A stretch of DNA of 64,000 nucleotides from Vicugna vicugna (lineage: Eukaryota). The stretch is from assembly GCA_013265495.1 (NCBI GenBank), contig MU058824.1, positions 1,763,111-1,827,110 of the forward strand. Direction: 5' to 3'. Positions 12,817 through 26,376 of this stretch are shown in pieces. A model generated the notes under the pieces. It did not search any database, was not told the origin of the DNA, and worked only from the letters and a program-made list of their open reading frames with translations. The position numbers and the translations under genes are program-made. The number at the start of each line of letters is the position of its first letter. The first letter of the stretch is position 1.

Positions 12817-15139
12817 GAGCCCCTGCCGTACAATTTGCAGATGGAGAAAATGAGGCCCAGAGGAAAGGAATGGTTGGCCCAGGGTCACACAGTGAGTCAG
12901 TAGCATCCTACAGCGGGGCTTGTGGGGCAGGGAGGCCAGCCAGTGACAGACCCAGTGCCGTAGCCCCCTTCCTTCTGCTCTGTTCCCCTCCCCATCCCCA
13001 GGCATCCTCTGTCTAGTCCAGCCTCAAGTCCCTTGGTCCACAATCTGCAAGGCCCAGGCTGTATCCAAATAAGTGGTTGATGTTTGCACGACAGAGTTAG
13101 TTACCAAGGAGCCCAAGTGTTAAAAGTTTTAAGTGCCGAGCCCCTATCATGGGGCTCCACCTGGCTGGGTAGTGAGTGAATGGAAGAGCAGAGGGGACAC
13201 CATCCTTCCCCTGCAGACCCGGGAGGGCCTTGGGCAGAATGCAGGGGATAGGACCCTGTGCTGCCCGGGACCTCAGAAGTCAGACTTCAGGTTCTTCTCA
13301 AGAAATGACCAGGTGACAAGAATCATAAGGAAGGCCTGGGCACACCTAGAGCATGGCTCCAACCAGGGAAACTGTCACCCAGTGTCCTGGGCCCACAGCA
13401 ACTCAAGTACTCGGAGGAGAAGAACAGTATTCGGAAGGGCTCCTGGAAAAGGTGGATACAATTTGGGCATGTTGGTTTGGTAGAGAGAAGGAAAAGCTAC
13501 CTTCCAAGCAGAGGGACCATTGTGGGGAATGATGGCAGTAATAAAACAAAGGGAGTGTTTGGAGACCTCACAAATAGCTCACAGTTACTTTTATCATGAC
13601 TCAAATAATTAACTACAATTTATCGAATGCTTACTATGAGTTGGGTCTCAAGCCAGAAACTTCCTATAGTCTCCTCTTTAGCCCTCATAGGGGCTCTGAA
13701 ATTCCCCATTTTACAGTTACAGCCACTCCCTCGTGGGGCACAGGCTGGAAAGGAAATACCTATAAATGGGAATAATTTTACCCACCTGCTAGTGCTGGAT
13801 GAGGCTGCAGTCACTCAACTACAAGATCAGAGATTATGACTTATTTTTTCATCTTATTTCTTCAGCGCAGAGCCTGGCACATAACAGGCACCCAATCAAT
13901 GTTTATTGAATGAACGAATAAATTAAGTGATTACCCTTAAACTAAGGGATTTAGCATAAACATCCTTCAGCATTCAGATATCCAAGGTCACTCAGTCAAG
14001 GATGAGGATGTAAGCTAACCTTCTACCACCTGTGCTGCTGCTTTCGAGGGGTTCTTTATCGAGCTGGGTCTGGCATGCAGTAGGCACTCAGTAAATGTGG
14101 ACTGAATGGCTGGCAGCCCTGCTCAGTATGGGCAGGGAAAGTGCTCTGAATTCAGAAATAGGGCACCCAAGTTCAGGTGCCCACTTGTTTGCTGCCCACT
14201 GTGTGGCTCTGAGCATTCACTTAACGGAAGTGAGGTTCCTCCCTCACCTACAGACTGGGGCAAGTTATGCTGAGTAGATTCATGGTTTGCTGTGAGTCTT
14301 AAATGCAGGACTGTGTGAAGCCCCTCTATGAGCCTCCAAGCACTGCCCCCAAGGAGAGATTATGGTGATTATGGTCCTCGTGGGAAGCTGAGTATTATTT
14401 TGGTGGCATGCGATAGATGGTAGAGTGGGGTGTGTGAGTCAGAGGGGGGAGGGCTGTGTGGCTGGGGGTGCGGTGAGGTGCCAGCCACACCACTTCCCAG
14501 CTCCTGATGATTTATTCCAATCAGCCTGCATATTTCATGTGCTGCCTCCCCACACCAAATAAATAAATCAGGGCCTTCTCCTCTGAGCAGTAGGAGCTGA
14601 CTGGGGCTGAGACTTCAAAAGGCAGAGCAGGGATGCTGGAGCTCCCAGCAGAGTCTGCTAATGTGACATTTAGGATCTGGGTGACCCCGGCAAGCGACAG
14701 CCGCCTGCACAGTGTGACACCTCCCAATTGGTGGGGAGACCTTTTCCGGGAGAAGGAAGTGACTTTTACAGCCCTATTTTCTACCCCACACTCAAAGGAA
14801 CGTAGGCAGAAGTGTGGCCTATGGGATTCCCTGTTCCGTTTCCTGAATGTTTATAAGAAACCAGCAGTTCACCTGCATCTCTGCAAAGAAATTCGCTTAA
14901 AGCCAGAACCCTAGCAGGCAGCTTTTCCAGGCACATGCCTGGAACTCCTGCTGCTGTGTTGCTTTATAACCACTGGGCATTTTGAGGACCAGGGTCTGCA
15001 GCTCTGGAGACCTGCCTGCCCCACAGGTAGACAGGTGGGCATCTCTCTCTCTAGTGATTACACTCAGGTGGCCTATGGAGGGAGGAGTTCAGCACAGAGC
15101 TGTCACCTCTCACGGGTCCCATCAAGGCAACCCTGTCAG

Positions 15140-15300
15140 GGAAGAGCATGGACTGTGGGAAGTCCTGGGTTTGAACCTGGGCTCTGCTCTTAGTATTGGT
15201 GGGGCCCTGGGCAAAGCTACAACCTGCCTGAGCCTCAGTTTCCTCATCTGTAAAGTGGGACTGAAACCAGCTACTCCACACAATTGTGAGACCTAAACAA
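15140..15300 (+). mobile_element. MIR SINE
   Basis: cctgggtttgaacctgggctctgc...gagcctcagtttcctcatctgtaaagtggg. Confidence 0.8.
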
Positions 15301-15499
15301 GAAAAGACACCTGAAGGTGGATCCCCTTGGCCCTCCCCACGCACTCACCAACCCTGTCCAAGCCTGCTCTGCCACAGGGGCTCCACCCTCCACTCCTTGC
15401 CTTTGGCTCTCTGCCCCTAACCCCACCTTTCCCTGAATCAGCTTCATCTGTGGTCACCAGTATTCCCCCACAAGCCTTGAATAGACCCCATGTTCAAGA

Positions 15500-16110
15500 G
15501 GCATCTTGTCCCCGTCTCAGTGGCTTGTGGCATTGCTGGCCAGGTCCATTGTGAAATCATCCCTTTCCTTGTCTCCCATGATGCCGGCTCTCTCTTGGCA
15601 TCCTGCTCCCAGAGTCCTGGCCACTCCTTCCCAGTCTCTTTGCAGCATCCTTGCTCTGCTCGCCCCGAGGTTGGCGCTCCCCAGGGTACTGCCCTTGGTC
15701 CTCTGCTCTTCTCGCTTGGCACTGTCCCTGGGGTCTCCTCCCTGACCCCTGCTCCAACTCCCAGCTTACGTGCTGATGGCCCTAACCCTTTCTTTCCAGC
15801 CCAGACCACTTCCCCTGCTCCAGACCCAAGGATGTCTCCATCCTGGTGATCCACAGGCACCTCAGACTCAGCACATCCAGAACTTGTCATCTTCCCACCT
15901 TCTTCCTAGGTTTCCCACTCAGGGAATGGCACCTGAGCCCCCCAGTCACTTGCTTCACTCCCCTGTCCCTCATTTCCCTCACCAACTGATCACCCAGTTG
16001 TTCAGATTTTACCTGAAACTGGAAAAAAGAAACTTGCATCAAATCTAATTCCCACTGTGCCATTCCTCCTGCCACTACCCTGAGCCAGTCCTCATCATCT
16101 TTGTCCCTGG
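15500..16110 (+). mobile_element. L2 LINE fragment
   Basis: Pyrimidine-rich degraded L2 motifs: ccacaggcacctcagactcagcacatccagaac, ccactaccctgagccagtcctcatcatc. Confidence 0.55.
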
Positions 16111-16129
16111 CAGTGACTGAAACAGTGAC

Positions 16130-16700
16130 CTAAACCCACCAACAGAATAGTATCAAGGATGAAGATAAATTCAAATGTATCACTTGAGTTTGAGAATACA
16201 CCTGAATAAATGCATATGGAGGAACCAAGGAACAGGAGCATATGAAGGAGACTTTGTGTTTGGTGGGACACAGCAGAGCAATGGGGCCTCTGAAAGATGG
16301 GAATTTCACCTTAGGATACGTTAATAGGAATATAATGTGCAGACCGAAAGAGGAGATGGTCCCTTCTGCTTGCTGCTGAACAGGCCATGCCTAAAGTGCG
16401 TTGGTCAGTCATTGGTCTACACTCTGTCAGACAGTGACACTGTGGGGTGTGGCCCAAATTGGGGTCCGGATCAGCTGGAAAATAGAAAAGATGTTCAGTA
16501 AGGTGGAGTTGGGGGTTAGTGCCAGAGGGATGATCTGTTCTTGTCTTCAAGTCTCTAGGGCTCTCCTGAGGCAGAGGGAGATGGTCTGCGTGGTCCTAGA
16601 GGGCAGAGCCAGATGACCAGGGCAAGTTACAGAGAGATGATTCAGCTCAATGACCCAGGAGAGACTTGGAAACAGGCAGATGGGGGAGTAGGCTTCCCAT
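16130..16700 (+). mobile_element. L3/CR1 LINE remnant (3' part of RT ORF)
   Basis: cttaggatacgttaataggaatataatgtgcaga...gaggagatggtcccttctgcttgctgctgaacaggccatgcct resembles the CR1/L3 ORF2 end. Confidence 0.55.
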
Positions 16701-16792
16701 CCATAGATGTACAGCAAAGAACAGATGACCGGTTGATGAGACAATGTGAGAGAGTATTTGTTCCAACTTATATCAGGTTGGAGGTTTTGTGA

Positions 16793-17068
<276 letters not shown>

Positions 17069-17689
17069 TGATATTGTCTGAGAGTTGGGGACAAGCTCAG
17101 AATCTTTGGCTTCATGCAGAAGAGGGAACATCCTCTCCTCTCAGTCCATGCACTCACTCACTGAGGGCAGGGCCTCATCACTCAAGTGGGAGCTGGGTTC
17201 CAGCTCCTGGGTTGGGTCACTGGAATTTGCATGTAGTGCTGGCTCTCACCAAGGCATCTGTGTTTAAACCTTTGAATGGCCAGGAATAATTCTTTTTAAA
17301 TGTGGCCCAGGTAAATTTCACTCTGTCCCCTCCTCTGGGAAAACACATGGACGGGCTGGTGATAAGGCTTTTTCACCTGCTGCTCTCCCTGGAAAACCAT
17401 TCTCTCTCTTCTTCTGCTGGAGAATGCCTCCTTAGCCTCTAGAACCAGATCAAATGACCCCTCCTCTGTTCAGCCTTGTCTCATGGCCTCCAGTCTAGCT
17501 AATGGCTCCTTTCTCTTTGCTTTCATAGTCTTTATCTCTACCTCTCCCATGTCACTTTGCATTGAAATTAGTAGTTTATTGGACCATGAGCTCCCTGACT
17601 GGATCCTATTTGACTTTAAATTCCTGCCACCAGCCAGGGTCTGGCACATGTCGGGGGCTCAGTGATATGTGATGAAAAAATGAATACAT

Positions 17690-17862
17690 GATGGATCAAG
17701 AAAATGGTTGAGTGGGTGGGTGAGTAAATGAATGAATGGGTGAGCATATGATTCAGTGAGCAAGTGGGTGGATGGATGGATGTATATGTGGATGGGTGGA
17801 TGAGTGGAAGGATGGGTGGGTGCATGGGTGAATAGATGGATGGGTGAGTTGGTAGATGGATA
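17690..17862 (+). repeat. Degenerate (GGAT/GGGT/GAAT)n simple repeat following an L2 tail
   Basis: gggtggatggatggatgtatatgtggatgggtggatgagtggaaggatgggtggg. Confidence 0.85.
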
Positions 17863-19159
17863 GCCTAGTCATTGCGTGGCAATGGGGGAAGCCACCATAC
17901 CCATAGCACCCAGATACTCTTACTTTGGTTCCCCTGCGACTGCAAAGAATGACAGCTGACTTTCTGTGCCTGGAGTTCCTTCTTAAAACCAAGGCCACCA
18001 GAGAAGGCTGTCCCATGGACCCTTTGGTTATTTTGTCATGTGCCTGCATATCCACTGGATCTATGGGGTTCAGCAGAACTCCAGGTGGCCTCAAAGAGGA
18101 GGCGTGTTCTTCTCATTCCCACCTGAGGGAGCTGTCACCAAGCCCGTAGTCACATATTACCTCATGGAGCCACAGAAACATTCTGAAAGGTGAGTGGGCA
18201 AGTCCTGTCATCCCTGTTGTACAGATGAGAAAAGGGCTCAGAAAAAAGCCAAATTTGCACAGCCTGCGAGAGGCAAAGCCAGTGCTGACCACAAGAGTGA
18301 TCCCCAAAGTGGGGCTGTTGGCTCCTCGACTCGGGGGATCTGGGTTTGCTAAAGAAGGGATTCTGGGTTTACAGTTTAAAAGAAAAACTCAAACAGAAAA
18401 TAAATAAAAGTCATAAAACGTAACTGAGAGGAAAGACATAAATTTAAAAATAAACAAAAAACCCAGCCAGGAACCCAATGGCTAAGTAATAGTGAGGAAG
18501 CTCCAGGCCAGGATAACCCTGAGGCCACAGCTCTTCCAGGCTCCCACCTCTGCTTTTCAGGCCTTCCCTGAACCTTCCAGAGGACAGATAACCAGTGTCT
18601 GAACCCAGAGCCAGTTAAGACGCCCCTGGACACAGGGCAGAGCCCAGCTCTTGAGTCCTCACCCGGCCTGGGTTCAGCTCTCAGCCTCTCACACCCAGAC
18701 CCCTACCCCAGCCCGCAATGGGTCTTACCCACCGCCAGTCTACCCCGCTCAAGTCCGTCCTGTCCATGCTGCAGTAAAGACACCCCACCTTTGCTCAGAT
18801 GCCTGCATAATCCTCCTTGCTCATAGTGAGAGGCCTCACTCCCTGGAATGGTGCCAAGGCCTCCATGAAGGACCCCGCCCCGCTTCTCTGCCTCCTCTTT
18901 CAGATCTCCCCATCCAAGCCACTTACAGTTCCACAAATGTGCCAAGACACTGCCGTGCCTCTGCCTGTGCTGGGCCTCTGCCCAGAATGCCCTATCCTCA
19001 TCTTCCTGGTGAACAGCCAACTACTTATGTTCCTCTCAAGACTCAGCTCCCACTTCATCTGCTTTCTTTGCCTTTCCTGGCCCCATCAGGGAGAACTGCA
19101 CTCTGCTCCCTGCTTCCTACTCAGGCCTCTCTGTGCCTAATGTTATTAGACCACCTGGA

Positions 19160-19390
19160 CCCATCACTAGAGGCAATGTGCATAGGCTTCAGGGTTATGC
19201 AGATCTGGGTACAGATCCTGCCAACTTTGCTACTTACTACCTATAGAAGCCACTTAATACCTAGGAACCTGTTCCCACATCCCGTAAAATGGGAATAATC
19301 TTCTCTACTCATGAGACTGTTAGATGACCAAGTGAGAAAAGCTCTATAAAGTACTCAGCCTGTGGTAAGCATTCAATAAATGTGATTGCT
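19160..19390 (+). mobile_element. MIR SINE
   Basis: gatctgggtacagatcctgcc...cccgtaaaatgggaataat...taagcattcaataaatgt. Confidence 0.65.
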
Positions 19391-19504
19391 TGTTATTGCC
19401 TTTTTTCTTTTTTAACATGGCTGGTATGTAAGTTCCCTGAGGACAGGAACTGTGTCTTGCTTATCTTTGAATCACTGGTGCCCCACACCAGGCCAGACAG
19501 TTGG

Positions 19505-19615
19505 AAAGATGATGATGATGAATGATTAATGATGATGAAGGAAGGAAGGGTGGTGGATGAAGGATGGTGATGAATGGATGAAGAACGGATGAAGAATGAA
19601 TGAATAGATTGGGTG
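19505..19615 (+). repeat. Low-complexity (GAT)n/(GAAT)n repeat
   Basis: gatgatgatgatgaatgattaatgatgatgaaggaaggaagg...gaatgaatgaatag. Confidence 0.8.
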
Positions 19616-21313
19616 TGGAGCAAGAAACGGGGCTGCTGCTGTTACTAACACCTCTGATAAGCTCTTACCGTTTGGTTTCCGTAAAGACTTAACTAAGATG
19701 CATGGTGGGGAGGCGCCATTTGGGGGGAAAGGATGGTAGAATAAGAAGGTATTGTCAGTTTTCTGAAGGTGTTTCTACACAACCTAATGGTCGTGGTAGT
19801 CACGTAACCTTTGACCCAAACCTCGCCCTCTTTCTTAGTGCCCAGAGACGGGCTTGTTTCCACCAGGAACTGATGCGCACCCACAGCTCTTTTGTTCAGG
19901 ATCCAGAAGGCACCTGAGTCAGCCTAATGCAGCCCAGGCTATGTGTGGGAGAGGGGATGAGGATGGGGAATGAGAGTAGAAATTTCTAAGTGTTGAGCTT
20001 TTACTTCTGGAGGCAAGAGAGGATGTTACCTCTGTCCCCTTGAGTCTGCTTTTGCCCTGACTTTTGGCTCTAGAGGCTACCTCTTATAAGTGTTACTTTG
20101 CATAGAAGTGAGTATTGCTTTACATTAACCAAGCCAGCAGGTTCCCCAGCGGTTTTTGAACCTGGCAGCTTCCCTAGACTACTTAGATGGTTCAAACTCT
20201 TTTTACCCATTGAATGTTTCCAAACACATTTGAACCTGTTGGCAGTTTTTTACACACTGATGTTCGGGGGAGTTCTTAATCCCTGCTGCCACATCTGCCC
20301 ATCCTCCTGGGAACAGAAGCATAACCAAGGCTGGCATCTGTGGCACAGCCATGCTGTGGTCATCGTGACCCCTGGTGGGTCTCCCAGGCTTGGCCCCTCT
20401 TGAACATCTGGCTGATTCCACACATCCCCACTGGAAGGAAAAGACCCAGATGTTCACAGTTTCACAGCAGAAACCTGATCTGAAATAGCAGCTGAGAAAG
20501 GAGATTTGCCAGAAATGAGAGGTAGGCAGGTATGGAGGGGATGTTCCTGCATCGTTCCTCCCAAACCAGCCTTACCTGGTAAAACTAAAACAGGACAGTT
20601 TTGCCACCATCCATAAAGATGAGTTTGCTCCAAGGCCCTCAGGGCTGCCTCAGGTTCCTGGCGCCCTTGAAGAATGAGCAGGGACATCCATACAGTTGCA
20701 CAGAGGGATGGCATTCCACGGTTTCAGTCCAGGCTTGGCACAGCAGGGAGAGGAAGGCATGCTGGTAGCCTCTGCCTCCCACAGTCAGCAAGTCTTATGA
20801 AATAAAAAGAAAGAGATTTTATAACATAATGACCTTGAGGCAGAAAATCCGTAGCCAGAGCACATATACATCTCCATGGAATTGACAGGCAAGGTTTCCA
20901 CCCTGTTGAGGAGTAGTCATTATCATGTCTCAGAGCAGAGTCCTTAAGAGCTCAAGCCAAGTTCCTCGCCCCCAGAGACACCCAGTGGTACCCATTCCCA
21001 GCACCCAGCCCTGGGCCTTTCAAGCCACTGGTACCTTTGGGGATAAATGGTGATGGTTTTTCAACAGGGTAATTAGACCAAATCAAATTCTAGTCTTCTA
21101 ATGGCTATTAAATGCATCACAAATCCCTTATTGATTCTATTTAGAGAAAGAAATAAGTCCTGGCTAAGGCTCCCTGCTGGACAGACTGGCCAGTCTCCGA
21201 AGCCTGCTTACCCAGTGGCATGTCCTGCACAGCAGTTGTGCACAGGGGGCAGATGTCAAGGACATGCAGGCAAGCGTGTTCTCAGGGACTGACTGTGCGC
21301 TGGGCTCTGCTGA

Positions 21314-21487
<174 letters not shown>

Positions 21488-24253
21488 TAAGCCACTCATG
21501 CCCTCCTCTCAGATAGTGCTTTCTGGGTTGACAAGCCTCAGACAAAGTTTAGGACCATCATGTGACAGGTTCTCCAGGGGCACAGGGTAGTTTTCCAAAA
21601 CATGCCCCTTAGTTGCTGGAATGTCATTAGATGTTTCCTGTGAATGTGCCCATGCCAGTGCGGACACACATTCACACCCACAGGCAGGGTTGCTGCTTGC
21701 ACAGGAAGGCTGGGTTAAACAAAATTGAAGGCTCCAAGTCCACAGGCCTTCTTGGAACTTTCACTATGCTCACGCACTTTGTGATAGTCCAGGAGGAGAA
21801 ATATAGGAAACAGAATTCCCCAAACATCTTTGCGCCCCCCACCCCAGCATCTTCCAGAAGCACTGCCCGTGGGGATCACTGAGGTCAATAAGAGCACTTC
21901 CCATCCCTACAGCACATCACGATCCAGGAATAGCCTCCATCATCATCTCAGTTGACCCTTGGATAACAACCCTGAGTACAGAGGAGAGCACCAGCTAATT
22001 GTTGGAGGGCTGCTGTCCAAGGCTGCATGGCTGCATGTGGCAGAACCCATCCCCTTGGTTTCTGGTCTTGATTCCTCTTCCCCCATGCCTGGCCTTCCTT
22101 CTCTGGAGGAGAGCAGCTCACTTTCTGTTATTCTGGTCAGTTGTGGGTAGAACTGGCCACTACCCCAGACAGTGGGGTGTTTACTGAGCACAACCGATTT
22201 CTTTGGTTTCCATAGCAAATCCTTGAACCCCGCTCTCTGCCTTGTTGTGGGAACGGCTGAGCAGGGGCTCAGAGTTCAGCCGTCAGGGGCACAGCCTTGG
22301 TGCCCACCCGTGGGCGGTACAGCTCTGCCATTGTGCCCAGAAGCCATGCTGCATGACCTCCCGGGCTGCCAGGAACAAGAGCAGTTCCAAGAACAGGTTT
22401 TTCTCTCTCCCTGCTTGCAAAGGAGAAACTTGGAGGCTCCAGATTTTCTGTTGTGGTTTTTGGTTTTAGTTTTTGTTTTTTTTTTTGGTAGCCGCTACTT
22501 AGTCAAACCTATTTCCTAAAGAACAAAAGGAGTTTAATTCACCTGTTGTTTTATTTATCACCAATATCACATATATTGCCACCAAAAAAACTGAAGCAAA
22601 TCTCATCTACTCCGTACAAACCTTAAATGATGACCATGCCTATTAGCACTTGGCACAAGACCTGGGGACATAGTCAGCTCTTAATGTTAGATTCCCTTCC
22701 TACAAGCTGCAAGAGTTCTCATCATAACAGCAAGTTGTCCCTGTCCTTTAATTCTTTAACTACCCCCTCTTGACCTCCTAAGGGGAATTACCATTACTCT
22801 TTCCAGTAGGCTGTTTTTCATGTGAATTTTTTGACTGGCTTTGCAGATTAAAAAAATCTGCAAAGAGATAGGAAATAAATGTCACTGATTTCAAATCTCC
22901 CTCACTTCTATCTTTCTAAATGCTTCTCATCCTTTAAGGTCCACCTCCTCTAGGAAGAAGCCTGCCCCAACTGCTGGCCTCCCTCCTCCCCAGCTTTCTG
23001 TGGTAATAAGAATGAAGGGGCTTTAGCAGTTTTTAGTTTGCAAAAGGACCTCCAGGGACCCAGTCTCCTCTCAGCCTCACAAATGCCCTAGGCAGTGGGA
23101 CCTGTGTTTTTATAGTTGAGGAAACTCAGCCAGCTAACTGACTTGCTAAAGGTGCACCTTGTGGGGTGACAGGGGCCAAGTGCTGGATCCAGGGCTCCCA
23201 ACTCAAAAGCCTGTGAGTGGGTCACAGTTTATAGCACATTTTTTATTTCTCTACTACTTTGACATTACATTTTTTAAATGTGGAAGGATGAATATAAGTG
23301 CAGGATGCAAAAGAAAATGTTGGGGGAAGAACTGACCATAATTACAATCTGCAAAAGAGCATCTGGACCACGGGGTGCCTGAAAACCCAAGACATTCTGA
23401 ACGGATTGTGCTAGGGGAGCCAGGCACTGCTGCGGGTAAATTCCAGCCAACCGATGGTTTAACCCAGCCCTGGCTTGCTGTGCTTCTGGGAGCCACAGCA
23501 GGATTCCTCAAGAAAGTGAAAGAGAAGAATGTAGAGTTTGTAGAGTTTGGGAGTATAAAGAATGCCCCCCAACAGCAGTCTGGTGAAGACAGGAGGAGAA
23601 GTTGGGGTGGGGAATCCATTGTCTACCTCCATCACCTGGTGACAGGGAGAGGTGCTCCTACTCACGCGTGTGGCCCTCTTTGTGCCCAGTTCAGTGTGAG
23701 CTTCAGATAGCCAGAGTGGATACTCTCTTACCACCTGGTGACCACAATTCCTGAGCAGCCCTGAATTCTCACCTGTACACCTCCTAGATCTGGTCCACTC
23801 AGCATGGGAGATTGTGGTGTGGCCATCTCCTCCCTCACTGTGGAAGGTAGCTGAACTTAAATTAGAATTCTCTAGTTTTGGCTGTCTTCCCAGTTGCAGC
23901 CAAAAAAAACCAAAACAAACAAACAAACAAAAAGACCAAAAAAACAAAAAACCCTGTTGACTGAACGTCTTTGTGTAAACTAAAAATTAATGGTTGAAGA
24001 AGCTAGAAGCTGTCTCCAGAGAAGTGATAGGTGAACTTGACTGAGGAGAAAGGGAAATCAACAACCAGAAATGATAGCATCCGGGGTCCTTTAGTTGGAG
24101 GGAAGCAGCCCCTTGGAGGTGGCACAGTCTTGGCAGGGTGGGCAGTGGAGGAAACCAGGGCTTTCATTTTTCTCTCTCCCTCCAGCTTTTGTGACAAGAT
24201 ACACATTCAGAAAATATGTGCTGAAGGAATAGCTCCATTCACAGTCCTGTTAA

Positions 24254-24448
<195 letters not shown>

Positions 24449-25045
24449 TAAGGTTTTCTTGGTGACCACAATCACCAAAAACACAGAAATGCATGAGACT
24501 ACATGAACAGGCAGCAGACAGCCCGTTCAGCCATGTCGGCAATTCAACAGGGCAGCGTGGTGTAGCTTTTAGACCAGAATAGACTTATGTATTGCTGGTA
24601 AAATTAGGATCATGTATTTAACAGACCATTGCTGGGAGACAGCCTACTGAGAATGACCGGATAACCTAGAAAAGCAAGGGAGAAAAACGACCACTCGTAA
24701 ACGCATCGTGCCTGGGGGCAGGGGCAGGGCTGTGTAAGAAAGAAGTAGTCTGCCCGTCGACCTCGATAACCACCACAGAGTATAAGAAGAGATGTCTCTG
24801 TAAGGGTGACTTTGAGTTGTACAAGAAAAAATAACTATCCTTATTCTCTATTTAATTGCAGTGTTTCTCGACCCTTTGTTCTCAGTTACTTTCCTAAGGA
24901 GACTTTCTAGACTTTCTTTTCTGATCATCCCCTCTTGAAATTTCAATATCAAAGATATACTGTATGTCTGTTCATATACTATAAGTATAGCTATAGTTAC
25001 TACATAAAAGGCTAACATTTTTTCACATTCAAGAACCAATGTTTG

Positions 25046-25191
25046 GCGGGAGGGGATAGCTCAGTGGTAGAGTGCATGCCTAGCATGCAGGAGGTCCTAG
25101 GTTCAACCCCCAGTACCTCCATTAAAAATAAATAAGTAAGTAAGCCTACTTACCTCCCCCTCCCCCAAAAAAATTTAAATTAAAAAAAAAA
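25046..25191 (+). mobile_element. tRNA-Ala-derived SINE (camelid Vic-1-like), full length
   Basis: A box tagctcagtgg, B box ggttcaaccc, AT-rich segment, C-run and polyA tail; TSD caatgtttg at 25037-25045 and 25192-25200. Confidence 0.88.
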
Positions 25192-25632
25192 CAATGTTTG
25201 CCCCCACCTTGGGAATTATATCACCACCCACTAAGAATGAATATATTTAAGAAAGCCCAAAACAGTGTAATTTGTTTACTATATTTTAGAAATATTATTT
25301 TGAAAATTAACATGTTTAAAATTTTTGATGCCTAGTTGTTGTTGTTGTTAATTTTTTTAAGGAGTTTGTACATTAACAATTAGCAATTATGTAGAACTAT
25401 CAGTTGAAAGTAGTATTGGTTTACTTTTTAAGATGAGGATGAACAGTTGGGATTTATTTCTGGACTTCACTATGATCTCTCAAAACTGGGTTAGACATTT
25501 GGGTCTCTCCATTGTCGCAAATGCAGTAATGTATCCAATTCCCTGCCTAGAGGACCAGAGCTTGAAGGGATGATTAAAGGATCAGTGTTGACCAGATTAA
25601 TCCAAAAGCAACTCTTTTGTTGTTGCTGGGTG

Positions 25633-26376
25633 TTTTTTCTTTCTTTTTTTTAAACATTTTTTTTATTGAGTTATAGTCATTTTACAATGTTGTGTCAAAT
25701 TCCAGTGTAGAGCACAATTTTTCAGTTATATATGAACATACATACATTCATTGTCACATTCTTTTTCGCTGTGAGCCACCACAAGATCCTGTATATATTT
25801 CCCTGTGCTACACAGTACAATCTTGTTTATCTATTCTGCGTTTTGAAATCCCAGTTCCTTCCCACCTCCTGTACCCCTAGAAACCACAAGTTTGTATTCT
25901 ATGTCTATGAGTCTGTTTCTGTTTCGTATTTATGGTTTTTTTTTTTTTAGTTTCCGCATATAAGCAATCTCACATGGTATTTTTCTTTCTCTTTCTGGCT
26001 TACTTCACTTAGAATGACATTCTCCAGGAACATCCAGGTTGCTGCAAATGGCGTTATGTTATTGGTTTTTATGGCTGAATAGTATTCCATTAATTGTATA
26101 AACACATCTTCTTTATCCAGTCATCTGTTGATGGACATTTAGGCTTTTTCCATGTCTTGTCTATTGTAAATAGTGCTGCTGTGAACACTGGGTTGCAGGT
26201 GTCCTTTTGAAGTAGGGTTCCTTCTGGATATATGCCCAGGAGCGGGATGCCTGGGTCATATGGTAAGTCTATTCCTAGTCTTTTGAGGAATCTCCATACT
26301 GTTTTCCACAGTGGCTGCACCAAACTGCATTCCCACCAGCAGTGCAGGAGGGCCCCCTTTTCTCCACAGCCTCTCC
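25633..26376 (-). mobile_element. Lineage-specific, 5'-truncated L1 (ORF2 C-terminus + 3' UTR + polyA)
   Basis: ORF 26090..26536(-) contains [30 protein letters not shown]...[12 protein letters not shown]...KCPSTDDWIKKM (L1 ORF2p Cys-rich end); polyT at the left; tgttgctg at 25621-25628 and 26377-26384 is a probable TSD. Confidence 0.92.

Noticed and set aside
15088..15108. REST/NRSE-like ttcagcacagagctgtc
   Set aside because: Right half-site is inverted and spacing is non-canonical; insufficient support.
18651..19298. 215-aa ORF
   Set aside because: Built from L2/MIR-derived pyrimidine-rich sequence; no homology or exon structure.
25050..25122. tRNA-Ala-like sequence as a real tRNA gene (also 51460-51534 and 54790-54870)
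   Set aside because: Followed by a SINE tail/polyA, flanked by TSDs, and the stems are degenerate; these are SINE heads.
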